From an uncultured bacterium (GTDB taxonomy: Bacteria > Patescibacteriota > JAHJAL01): a stretch of 64,000 bases of DNA. Shown piece by piece: positions 1 to 9,300 of this stretch (position 1 is the first letter of the stretch; every line of letters starts with the position of its first letter). The notes under the pieces are model-generated. The model was not told the origin of the DNA. It did not search any database and saw nothing but the letters and a program-made list of their open reading frames with translations. A program made the translations under genes and the position numbers. The DNA lies in assembly GCA_938004065.1 (NCBI GenBank), contig CALKWM010000039.1, positions 1,313-65,312 on the forward strand. Reading direction: 5' to 3'.

Positions 1-56
1 CAAACCTTTCCCTAAAAGGGAAAGCCGTCACTAAACTGACAGTAACTAATAGATTT

Positions 57-833
57 TTGTTCGAGTCGACATACAAAGACTCGAATGACAATTTCCGGTT
101 CAATGGTTATTTGGACGGGGACCGGATCTGTCAATCATTTTTCGATAACAATACCAATAAAAAGCACTACCTGAATGCAATTGTGCTTCAAGGTAGTCAC
201 AGTTTCTCTCAATACGCCGTCAATAAAAACGGCAAGAAATACAAAGTGGGAGACAGTCATGCCTGGAGTTTATCAGGCGATCTGGTGGAAAAGAAAATCC
301 TGATTGATGTGATCAATCCCACCGGAACTCCGATTACTGTTCACCCCACAGATCCCAATATGCTAATTGGGGGAAACACCATTAATGATAGTGGTTATCG
401 GATTGTTGGGAGCGATCCTGATCATTCAGGTCAGTTAATTGTCTCGACATATGATCCGGCTGCCGGTACTACACCAGCAGAACAAATATGTATCCGAGAC
501 GACATGGGAACTACCCAGGAAACAATGGTAGTCTATGTCGAGACCAAATATAATGATTCCGACTACAGTGCCAATAAAAAAATGGTAGTCGAAGTCAAGG
601 GAATCAACGGTGAGTGGATCTACTATGATGTTTTCGGACAGGATTACAACCTGTTTGACACTCCCGTAACGGAATTATTGATTCCCATACAAGTTACTGG
701 ACCAATTAACTTGGTAGGTTACAAATCAAATGCCTACCAGGATATTATCAATATTGGTTCCAGAAATTTTGTCATTTCAACTGTAGCCAGCTATGGCTCC
801 CGTGAGGTAACAACTTTCCCTCGCGGCTACTAA
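57..833 (+). CDS. hypothetical protein. The reading frame stays open upstream to window position 3, so the gene may be 5'-partial. TTG at 57 is the first start in frame.
   Basis: Long ORF with no in-frame stop back to the window edge. No recognisable motif. A hairpin-plus-T-run terminator follows it. Confidence 0.45.
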   Translation: MFESTYKDSNDNFRFNGYLDGDRICQSFFDNNTNKKHYLNAIVLQGSHSFSQYAVNKNGKKYKVGDSHAWSLSGDLVEKKILIDVINPTGTPITVHPTDPNMLIGGNTINDSGYRIVGSDPDHSGQLIVSTYDPAAGTTPAEQICIRDDMGTTQETMVVYVETKYNDSDYSANKKMVVEVKGINGEWIYYDVFGQDYNLFDTPVTELLIPIQVTGPINLVGYKSNAYQDIINIGSRNFVISTVASYGSREVTTFPRGY

Positions 834-848
834 TACCCAAACACCTAT

Positions 849-889
849 TTACCCTCCAAATAAACGGAGGGTAAATTTTTTTACATAAA
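849..889 (+). terminator. Rho-independent terminator (hairpin TACCCTCC..GGAGGGTA followed by a T-run).
   Basis: Perfect 8-bp stem, 8-nt loop, then AAATTTTTTT. It lies between the first ORF and the 3' end of the convergent rlmN. Confidence 0.55.
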
Positions 890-948
890 AAAGACCCCGT
901 CAAATCTAGTTATATGGGGTCTTATATTTTTTACTTACTTCTTACTTC

Positions 949-2208
949 TTATTTCTTACTACTCAACTGCCCGCACGCTCCGCCAATATCCGCTCCCATC
1001 GCCACTCGAACGGCTACCGGTACTCCCAGTTTATTTAATTCATCTTTAAATCTATTGACCCGAAAGTTATTCGGTTTTTTCATATTTAATTTATTTATCG
1101 CTCCCACTACCTCGGGAGCGCCCCTTTGGGGCTTCCCGCTCCTCCTCGGCAAGGAGGAGAAGCAAACGCAACCATTCTCTTTTTCAGTGGTGGAAAGTTC
1201 AAGGCAATTCCCCTCCTCGCAGGAGGATGGGCAACAAAGCCCGTCAGGGCGTATGGGGGTGGTGGTTTTGGTTGGCGGATTGTATGGGATTAAATTAACG
1301 AAAAACTGGTGATCGTACAAAATTTCCGCCAATTTTTTCGCTTGTTTTAGACTATCATTTAATCCCTCGATCAAGATATATTCATAACTTACTCTTCGGC
1401 TGGTTTGTTTGGAATACTCTCGGCAGACTTTCAATAATTCTTTGATCGTATTTGCCTTTGCCACATTGGGCATCAATTTCTCTCTTAACTCTTGATTTGG
1501 AGCATGCAAACTAATCGCCAGCCCAATATGCGGAAATTGCTCGAGAAATTTTTTGAGCGGTTCGATATATCCGCTGGTTGATACGGTAATCTTGCGTTTA
1601 CCTAATCCGAACATATGGTCATCGGTCAAAATTTCCACCGCTCTCGACACATTATTCAAATTCAACATCGGTTCGCCCATTCCCATAAATACGATATTAT
1701 TGATTGTATTTCCAGTTGAAAAGGTATTTCCCCTCCTTTCCAAGGAGGGGTGGTCCGATTTTCGGACCGGGGTGGTTTTTTCCAATTTCCGTGCGAAATA
1801 CAACACCTGATCAACAATCTCTTTGGCGGTTAAATTTCGTTTAAATCCCATCGCGCCGGTGGCGCAAAATTTACATCCCACCGGACAACCCGACTGGCTG
1901 GAAACACAAACCGTATTGCGTCCTTCGTGCATCATCAACACCGATTCGATCAGATTTCCATCCTCCAGTTTAAACAAAACTTTGATCGTGTCTGATTTAT
2001 CGCTTATTCTCTCGCTCACCAATTCCAAATCACTCAATTTTACGTTGAGTTTCAAATAATTCCGCACTTCTTTGGGCAAACTGGTCGCTTGCTCCCAATC
2101 GTGGATCAATTGTCTGAAAATAGCATGATTGATCTGCTTGCTTCTGAATTTCGGCCATCCGATTTGTTGTACTATCCGTTGGAACATTTTTCGTCTATCA
2201 ATTATCAA
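949..2208 (-). CDS. rlmN: 23S rRNA/tRNA adenine C2-methyltransferase RlmN (radical SAM), carrying two in-frame insertions.
   Basis: CPVGCKFCATG radical-SAM CxxxCxxC. NIVFMGMGEP motif. C-terminal MGADIGGACGQL matches the RlmN/Cfr C-terminus with its second catalytic Cys. Length 419 aa is above the usual ~350-390 because of extra segments. Confidence 0.85.
   Translation of the reverse strand: MIIDRRKMFQRIVQQIGWPKFRSKQINHAIFRQLIHDWEQATSLPKEVRNYLKLNVKLSDLELVSERISDKSDTIKVLFKLEDGNLIESVLMMHEGRNTVCVSSQSGCPVGCKFCATGAMGFKRNLTAKEIVDQVLYFARKLEKTTPVRKSDHPSLERRGNTFSTGNTINNIVFMGMGEPMLNLNNVSRAVEILTDDHMFGLGKRKITVSTSGYIEPLKKFLEQFPHIGLAISLHAPNQELREKLMPNVAKANTIKELLKVCREYSKQTSRRVSYEYILIEGLNDSLKQAKKLAEILYDHQFFVNLIPYNPPTKTTTPIRPDGLCCPSSCEEGNCLELSTTEKENGCVCFSSLPRRSGKPQRGAPEVVGAINKLNMKKPNNFRVNRFKDELNKLGVPVAVRVAMGADIGGACGQLSSKK
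1100..1260. repeat. Cluster of four GC-rich palindromes inserted in frame in the rlmN C-terminal region: GCTCCC..GGGAGC, GCCCCTTTGGGGC, CTCCTCGGCAAGGAGGAG, CCTCCTCGCAGGAGGA.
   Basis: Seen directly. A GC-rich block sits in an AT-rich gene. It encodes about 50 extra aa (..PIRPDGLCCPSSCEEGNCLELSTTEKENGCVCFSSLPRRSGKPQ..) between the conserved LIPYNP and NNFRVNRF..GVPVAVR segments of RlmN. Confidence 0.5.
1722..1775. repeat. Second in-frame palindromic insertion in rlmN (CCCCTCCTTTCCAAGGAGGGG and GGTCCGATTTTCGGACC).
   Basis: Two adjacent perfect hairpins. They encode an extra ~15 aa (TPVRKSDHPSLERRGNT) just upstream of the MGMGEP motif, relative to the RlmN consensus. Confidence 0.5.
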
Positions 2209-2330
2209 TTTTATTTATTATATGTTGTATATCTGAATTTTTAAAGCTTCAATATTCAATATCCAAATAATAAACATTAATAAAAGTATAATATTCGATT
2301 TGTTATGTTTGATATGTTTGATATTTTCCG

Positions 2331-2365
2331 CCCAAGGCGGATGCGCCTAGGGCGCAGATAGGTAT
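2331..2365. repeat. Intergenic GC-rich double palindrome (CCGCCCAAGGCGG, TGCGCCTAGGGCGCA), similar to the core of the MITE family described below.
   Basis: Seen directly in the otherwise AT-rich divergent region between rlmN and the next gene. Confidence 0.4.
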
Positions 2366-2541
2366 AACTCAATAATTTAGCAATATTTTTTTACCACAAT
2401 ATTTCAATTTTTAAATTTTCATTACGACAATTTAACCATTCAACAATACATTTACTTCACATTTTTTCAAAATATATTATCATTAACTTACAGGCAAAAT
2501 ATTTTATTTATCATTATATTAACTATTAACCCCCTCGCATT

Positions 2542-2736
2542 ATGAACAAAAAAATTCTCATGGTCTCGGCAATCTTTGTTATGCTCTCCGGCCAAATAGC
2601 TTTTGCCAGAAGCTATGACGCTTGTGTTAGTACTAGCGAATGTGATTATATCCAAGATGAAATTAGCGAGTCGCCTAGCAGTGGGAGTGATCAATTGCTA
2701 GATTATATCCGGGTTACCTCTCCAAACGGTGGGTAA
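2542..2736 (+). CDS. Signal-peptide-bearing N-terminal fragment (64 aa), in the same frame as the next ORF and separated from it by a single TAA.
   Basis: MNKKILMVSAIFVMLSGQIAFA is a signal peptide. Frame arithmetic shows 2542 and 2740 share a frame with one TAA at 2734-2736. Confidence 0.4.
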   Translation: MNKKILMVSAIFVMLSGQIAFARSYDACVSTSECDYIQDEISESPSSGSDQLLDYIRVTSPNGG

Positions 2737-2739
2737 ATC

Positions 2740-3441
2740 TTGGGTAGAAACGCCACCGGCTATGTTCAAACTTCATTATTACCTCTCGACAAGTATCAAA
2801 TCACTTGGGAATCGCTTTCCACTCAAGTCAACAAACTGGATATCCTGTATTCCCTGGATTTTGGTAACAACTATGTTCCAATCGCGGAACAAATAGACAA
2901 TGTCGGTTATTTCAACTGGACTTTGCCAAATGCCGATTCCGACCAGGCCCTGATCAGAATCAATGCCTATGGACCGACCGGTCAAAATCTTGGTTCAGAT
3001 ACTTCCAACTCTCCATTTATCATCCGCAACTACCAACCCACTTATGAAGACGTCAGCACCAATAGTTATGAATACAATGCTCTCTACATCAGCCAAAGCA
3101 TCGTGGGGCCCGTATCGGCCGGGGAAAGATTTCAAGTCAACGTTACATTTAAAAATACCGGTACTGCCACCTGGTATCGCAATAGTGATTACTCAGTTCA
3201 TCTGGGAACCGCCAACCCCCGCGATCGTTACTCCGTATTTTTAGACAACAGCTGGCTATCTACTGATCGTCCGGCGATGTTGTACGAGGATATGGTGGCG
3301 CCCGGCGAAATTGGTACTTTTGTTTTCTATCTAACCGCTCCTCAAACTGCCGGAGTATATCATGAAGCTTTCGCGCCGGTAGCCGAGGGCTTGACCTGGA
3401 TGGACTCCAGTTTGGCGATTATGACTTTCCAGGTAAATTAA
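2740..3441 (+). CDS. hypothetical secreted protein (mature part); possibly one gene with 2542..2736, interrupted by an in-frame stop.
   Basis: 233-aa ORF starting at TTG. It has no signal peptide of its own but the upstream in-frame fragment has one. A terminator follows. Confidence 0.5.
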   Translation: MGRNATGYVQTSLLPLDKYQITWESLSTQVNKLDILYSLDFGNNYVPIAEQIDNVGYFNWTLPNADSDQALIRINAYGPTGQNLGSDTSNSPFIIRNYQPTYEDVSTNSYEYNALYISQSIVGPVSAGERFQVNVTFKNTGTATWYRNSDYSVHLGTANPRDRYSVFLDNSWLSTDRPAMLYEDMVAPGEIGTFVFYLTAPQTAGVYHEAFAPVAEGLTWMDSSLAIMTFQVN

Positions 3442-3481
3442 TACCCGATTTTTTAAATTTCCTTCTTCCTTGATTTTAAAA

Positions 3482-3509
3482 AAGTAGCTTTTCAAAGCTA
3501 CTTTTTTGT
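3482..3509 (+). terminator. Rho-independent terminator (AGTAGCTTT-TCAA-AGCTACT plus TTTTTT).
   Basis: Perfect hairpin followed by a T-run directly after the 2740..3441 CDS. Confidence 0.6.
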
Positions 3510-4186
3510 CATTAAATAATACCATCCATATGATAAAAAACCCTTGAATATTGTTCAAAAGTGGATTACAATGCACTTAAGCATTTAGAAGCGGATATAC
3601 CGCAAAGCGGTCAGAAAGGATATTTTTCACATATATTATGATCAAATCATAAATGTGAGAGATATATGGTCCCCTTGCAGGCACAATTCGCAGTATATCT
3701 TTTCTTCTAAATGTGCTTTTTGGGATAATTGTTAAATTAATTTTTAACAATTATTTTTTTTGCTGATTGGATGATCGCCTTTTCTTTGCCAATATAAAAT
3801 TTTTAATGATTGGGCAAAAGGCATAATTTTTTTTGATCTTCCAATCCACTAGCAGCATTATATATCGCATCAAATTTTATGTCAACAGTTTTGTCATGAA
3901 AACCGATTATTCATCATTAAAAATTCAAAATTAACCATATCGAGCCATCCGGAAAAATCTGGTTTTCAATGACAAAAATTTTGTCATTTTTTTACTTAAG
4001 TTTCGGCCCGATCTATCGAAATCGCTCTTCTTTGACACTTATTACATTTGTTTTTATACTCCTGATCGTATCTAAAAAAAGTGCTATATGTATGCAAACA
4101 TTACCAATGATTATTGACAGATACAAAGCATATATGATACAATAATACGAATAGATATGGGGGAAAAATAAAACCAAAACAAAAAA

Positions 4187-5950
4187 ATGGAAAATCTCGA
4201 ACACAAGCTTGATTTAAAAGAATTATCCAAACCGATAGAAATCAAAACCAACTCCCAAAAAGGATTGTTTGATTCTATTGTCGATTTTTTCAAATCCAAA
4301 CCGGAAATCAATATCCTTTCCACCAGTCCCAAGCCGATAGATAAGAAGGCGGAAGACAACATCAAAATCGATCATGACCAAACCAAAAACCACTCTCAAA
4401 CATCCGATTCCTCTATGGCCCATGATTTTTTCAAAGCCCAAGACGGCAAATCAAATACCGGTCATATCAAAGAAGCGGCTGACATCAAAAAACTCAAAGA
4501 ACAAACCAATCCTTGGTTCGGACCGAACAAACAAGCCGATTTTGAAGACTCAGATCAAACCAAGCCGGTTTCGATATTGTGGTTGGTGGGCGGTGCTCTC
4601 TTGATTGTTATCGTCATTGTGATGATCTTGGGCAGTTTTGGTTTGGTAAATTTGGTCAAAGTCGGTTTTGAAAACAACTCTCTGTCAGATGCCAAACAAG
4701 CCATTAAACAAACGACTGAATATTTAACCAGTGACAATTTAGATCTGGCTCTTAGCACCATCGACACTTTGATTGAAAATGAACCCGAGAACCAGGAAGC
4801 CATTGCTTTGCAAAAAAAGATTTATTCCCTGCAGGGAGCCAAAATAATTGATACCATTGGAGAATACAAAAACTTGCCCGCTGTGGACGATAGTTTCATG
4901 CCAATCCAAGACCCACACCATCATTTTACGGTTAGTGTGCCCTCTGAATTTAAACCGATGGATTCCGCATATGATCTGAAATATAGTAACAATAACTTAA
5001 ACCTCGGCGTGAAAAAATATCCGCGGATAAATTCCATTACCGCCCTCGATAATGCCTATCTGCAGGACTTTAGTGGTAAAGATTACCTCGTTATGGACAC
5101 CAAATCGGAAACTACTTTCCTGGAAAGTAATGCCATAATCCATGTAGTAAAAATTGACAATATGTATCAATATTCAATTCTGATGCAAAAATACCATTTC
5201 GGCTACGAAATCTCGGCTTGGATGCCGACCACCAATTATCAATCCGGTTTACCCATCATCCAAAACTTTATAAAATCATTTATTTTAAGCAACGAATATA
5301 ACATCACCGGCTATCAAAATCTGGAGAGTTTCGGCAACGATCAAATCACAATATACAACTGGCCTAACACTCTCTCACCCGAACAAAAAAACGAGATCAC
5401 TGCCGGTTTAAAAAGCAGTGTTGACTACATAAATCTACATCTCAATAAGCAATATCAAGATAAATTAAATGTTTATCTCTATCCCGATTTTGACACTTTG
5501 TATCAATACACTCTTTCCAACAATAGTTTTTCCGACTACCGACAAAAAAGCATGCACATCGTTTATACCAATGCTGAAAACCACCAAAGTTTTGGATATG
5601 AAACAACCAAGATAATTTACCAATCACTGTTCGGGGAAATAACCGAGCCATTGGTCATCAATGGAGTTGCCGTTTGGCTTGATCAGACCGGCCGTGATTA
5701 TGTGGAAATTGTTAAAAACAGTGACTACATCGCATTATCCGACTTGTTTGGCGTCAATTGGGAATTGAATCAAAGCGATCTAAAATATCATGAAGCCGGC
5801 ATATTTACCGGTTATCTAATCGATAAATACGGACTCGATCAATACATCCAACTATCCAGTCTCAAAGACTTTCCCGACGCCTATCAGACGGTTTATGGAA
5901 AAAGTTTGACCTTGCTTGAATCTGAATTCAAAACCACGCTGGGAATATAG
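4187..5950 (+). CDS. hypothetical membrane-anchored protein with one TM helix and a large C-terminal domain.
   Basis: 587-aa ORF. Single hydrophobic helix ILWLVGGALLIVIVIVMILGSFGLV. No recognisable catalytic motif. Confidence 0.55.
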   Translation: MENLEHKLDLKELSKPIEIKTNSQKGLFDSIVDFFKSKPEINILSTSPKPIDKKAEDNIKIDHDQTKNHSQTSDSSMAHDFFKAQDGKSNTGHIKEAADIKKLKEQTNPWFGPNKQADFEDSDQTKPVSILWLVGGALLIVIVIVMILGSFGLVNLVKVGFENNSLSDAKQAIKQTTEYLTSDNLDLALSTIDTLIENEPENQEAIALQKKIYSLQGAKIIDTIGEYKNLPAVDDSFMPIQDPHHHFTVSVPSEFKPMDSAYDLKYSNNNLNLGVKKYPRINSITALDNAYLQDFSGKDYLVMDTKSETTFLESNAIIHVVKIDNMYQYSILMQKYHFGYEISAWMPTTNYQSGLPIIQNFIKSFILSNEYNITGYQNLESFGNDQITIYNWPNTLSPEQKNEITAGLKSSVDYINLHLNKQYQDKLNVYLYPDFDTLYQYTLSNNSFSDYRQKSMHIVYTNAENHQSFGYETTKIIYQSLFGEITEPLVINGVAVWLDQTGRDYVEIVKNSDYIALSDLFGVNWELNQSDLKYHEAGIFTGYLIDKYGLDQYIQLSSLKDFPDAYQTVYGKSLTLLESEFKTTLGI

Positions 5951-5976
5951 TTTTCTCACCTCAAATATTTTTTTAA

Positions 5977-6003
5977 AAAACCGTTATTTTTAAACGGTTT
6001 TTT
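5977..6003 (+). terminator. Rho-independent terminator (AAACCGTT-ATTTTTA-AACGGTTT plus TTTTT).
   Basis: Hairpin followed by a T-run about 25 nt after the stop codon. Confidence 0.55.
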
Positions 6004-6065
6004 TGTACCTCAAGCATGAAAGTTTTTATTTCATAATTATAATTACAACAAAAATAACAATTTGC

Positions 6066-6160
6066 AAGTAGTGCTAATTAATTTTCTTATCTGTGTCATC
6101 CTCGAATCGAAATCCGCCCAGGGCGGAGCTTCGATATCGGGGATCCAGACTATATTATTA
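6066..6160. mobile_element. Partial MITE copy: left TIR-like AGTAGTGCTAA plus the GC-rich core GTCATCCTCGAATCGAA..CCGCCCAGGGCGG..GGGGATCC; the right arm is missing.
   Basis: Sequence similarity to the complete copies at 28493-28660 and 56180-56323. Confidence 0.5.
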
Positions 6161-6374
6161 ATTTTTATTTAATACAACTCATCAATTTAGCATTTTTCAC
6201 CAATTAACAAATTAGTTAATATATCTTTTTAGTCAATAAAGACAGGCATTATCATCATTTACAACCAACTGTTATAATTGACTTTTATTTAAAACTTTGC
6301 TACATTCAAATGAAACGTCAAAACCGACGAAAAAAATAAAAGAAAATCAAAAATAAAAAGAAAATAAAAACCAA

Positions 6375-9300
6375 ATGTTATATACTTATTTTCAACAACT
6401 TGGACCCTACTTTTCCTGGATTGGCCTCTTTTGCGGTCTGTTCTTCTTTATGTATTCTGTCCGTTACTATGTAGTGTCAATACTGGTACTAATGAAAGAT
6501 CAAAAAGCATTGGCTGAGCACATGGCCGAAGAATCTTCCCGCACCAACCTCGGGTTCATCATTACCGCAGTCAATATGAACAAACACTTAAGTGAAAAAT
6601 TCAAGAAAATTTTTCAAAGTAAAAAAGTTCTCGGTTTTAAGACCACTCGCGTAAAAAATGAAGAGATGTTAAGTCATGTTACACAAACTGAAGCCGGATT
6701 TGTTACCCAAAAAGTTAACATGGCCACTTCGCAAAAATACCAAGAACTATTGGCTCGTTTACGCAATATATATTGGCAGATAAGTCAGGAGAAAAATAAA
6801 ATTGTCGTCTATCCCGCTCGTTTGGGAATCCGTAAACGCTTGCATACTATGATGATGCTCATCATCATGAAATCAAACTATCACGACTTACGTCGCAGCG
6901 TTTTAAATTATTGGTTTGAATTCAAGCAGTATTTATCAGGCAACAAAAGTTTTACGGTAGATAAAAAGAAAGCTTTAATCCAGACCAATAATTTAAATAA
7001 ATTTGCCAATTTTCCGGCCTTCTATCTGGGTTTTAAAAAGACCGTTATCGGTCAAACCAAAAAGATGGCTGTTTTGGCAAAAAGAAAAGCGTCTCTGGTC
7101 AATCTAAACAGTATTGAAATCATTGATGATCCCGCCCTGCAGCCATTTATTTCTATTCATCTGGCTTTTTACAATGAGGAAAATGTGGCGGAACGTTGTA
7201 TAGAAGCATGTTTGGCTCAAGATTATGAGCAATATGAAATAGTAATTGCCGACGATTCAAACGACCGCACCGCCGAGATATTGGCACGATATGCCCATCA
7301 TCCAAAAATCAAAATCGTCCGTCGTGACAATCGTGAAGGTTTCAAAGGCGGTGCGCTCAAAGAAGCGATCAAAGCTACCAACCCGCGTGCCAAATTCATC
7401 AATGTTTACGATGCCGACTTTGTACCACCACCAAATACCCTGAAAAACTTTATGAAGGAGTTTTTTACTCAAAACGGCAATTCCTTTGACTTAAGTGGTG
7501 AAGATAAAAATCTGGCCGCCGTTCAGGGTTATCAATGGCATGTACTAAACAAAGATGAAAACTTTGTTACCGCCGGTATCCGCTTCGGCTTTGCCGGCGG
7601 GTACATGGTGGAACGTGTCGCTCAACAATATTTTGGTGCCATGAAAATGATTGCCGGTAGTGTATTTGTTATCCGTCGCGACGTGATGGAACAATACGGC
7701 TGGCAAATGCCCGATGGTTATACTTCTATCGTGGAAGACTGGAATCTGACCATTCGTATGTACATCGACGGTTGGAAAATCGGCTATACGCCTGACATCA
7801 AAGTTCCGGCCGAATGCGTTAACTCACTTTCCAGATTGTCAAAACAACAAATCCGCTGGGCCGAAGGCCATACCTGGAATGTAAAAAAATATTTCTTCCA
7901 AGTCTTGTCCTCGGCTAAAATGACTTTGATCGAGAAACTGGAATTTTTACATTACGGCCCTTTCTATTTACAATCGGCTTTCTTTATCCTCGGTACTTTT
8001 GGTTGGATCGTGGGTGAACTGATATTTCACGCCAAAGTTCCCGGCTGGACTGCCACTCTTGGCTGGAGTCTGGTGTTTACCAACCTCATGGCTCTGCCGG
8101 TGATGTGTATCTCCGGAATTGTGTTGGAACGAGGAGAAAACCGTGATTACAATATTTTACCTTTCTTAACCTTTATTTACTACATTATCCCTTCTCTGGC
8201 CTACGCTTCCGTCCGCGGTCTGGTATCAACTCATGAAAGCGGATGGGTTCGAACCAAAAAAACCGGTTCGATTACCGATGGTATCATCGAAGGTCATATG
8301 GCGAGTAAAAATCAAAAACTCATCGACAAAAACATTGAAATATTCCAAGAAGGTTTGGAAAAAGCGGCCGCCCAATATCAAAAAGCCCATCCGATGTTCA
8401 AAGCCAAAACATCAGTAACTGAAGATTTGGCCAAAGGACGTTTGTGGATGGAATTAAAAAGAGTACCAAGATTGGGCTTGATGATTATTTTGATCATGTC
8501 CATCACTCTCGGTTCTCTGGGGTATATCGCCTCTACTGAAAAAACTCTCGCCAGTCCCGATGTACTATATCTAAATTCACCGCAATATTTAAGTTACTAT
8601 ACTGCCAATTCTCCGACAGAAATCGCTATCGGCCCCAACAACAATTCATATAGCTGGTACTCCGATCTCTGTCCGATTGGTGACGATCCGGGTGGTGTGG
8701 CCGCCGGAAATTACTCGGCCTACCTAGTACTAAACCAAAAACCTACCGTTGATAAAAACTATTCACTTTCAGTCGGTCATGTCAATGAATCGGGTGGCGA
8801 CTATCAAGCCATCACGTCCACCGGCTTGACCATCAATCAATCCACCTCCAATTTGCTTTCGATCAATCTAGGTAACGGTCCGGAAATTGTCTGTAACAAA
8901 GAAAATAAAAGAAAAATGGTCTTTACCATCAGCTATGTTGGTGCTCCTTCCGGCTGTGATTTGAACTGTGATGGAGATGATGGCGAATGCTCTGGCGAAG
9001 AGTGCTCAACTTGCGACAAAAGTGGTGATGATTGTGATTTGTCGGATATTTCAGACGAAAAGGAACAAATTATAACAAATGATATCGCCGAAGAATCAAC
9101 TACGATTTCCGATTCCAAACCAAAAAAAATTAAGCAATCCAATTTATCCGATGAATTGATATTCAATCGATCCGGCTTTTCGCCTTTTATCGAAACCGCT
9201 CATGCTACCGTCATTCCCTGCGGTGAAGAAGTGTGCAATTATACTGATGACATGAATTTCTATACTGCATTATCGGCGACCGCATCAGGCACCTATCCGA

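Noticed and set aside
6-24. Hairpin CTTTCCC-TAAAA-GGGAAAG at the window start as a terminator of an upstream gene.
   Set aside because: There is no T-run after it, and the reading frame of the first ORF is open through it. It cannot be resolved at the window edge.
914-1312. 132-aa plus-strand ORF.
   Set aside because: It lies entirely antisense to rlmN across the GC-rich palindromic inserts. The palindromes create stop-free frames on both strands, so it is a spurious ORF.
3560-3720. Possible small RNA in the 740-bp intergenic region before the 4187 gene.
   Set aside because: No recognisable conserved RNA motif or convincing secondary structure by eye. It is left as unexplained intergenic DNA.
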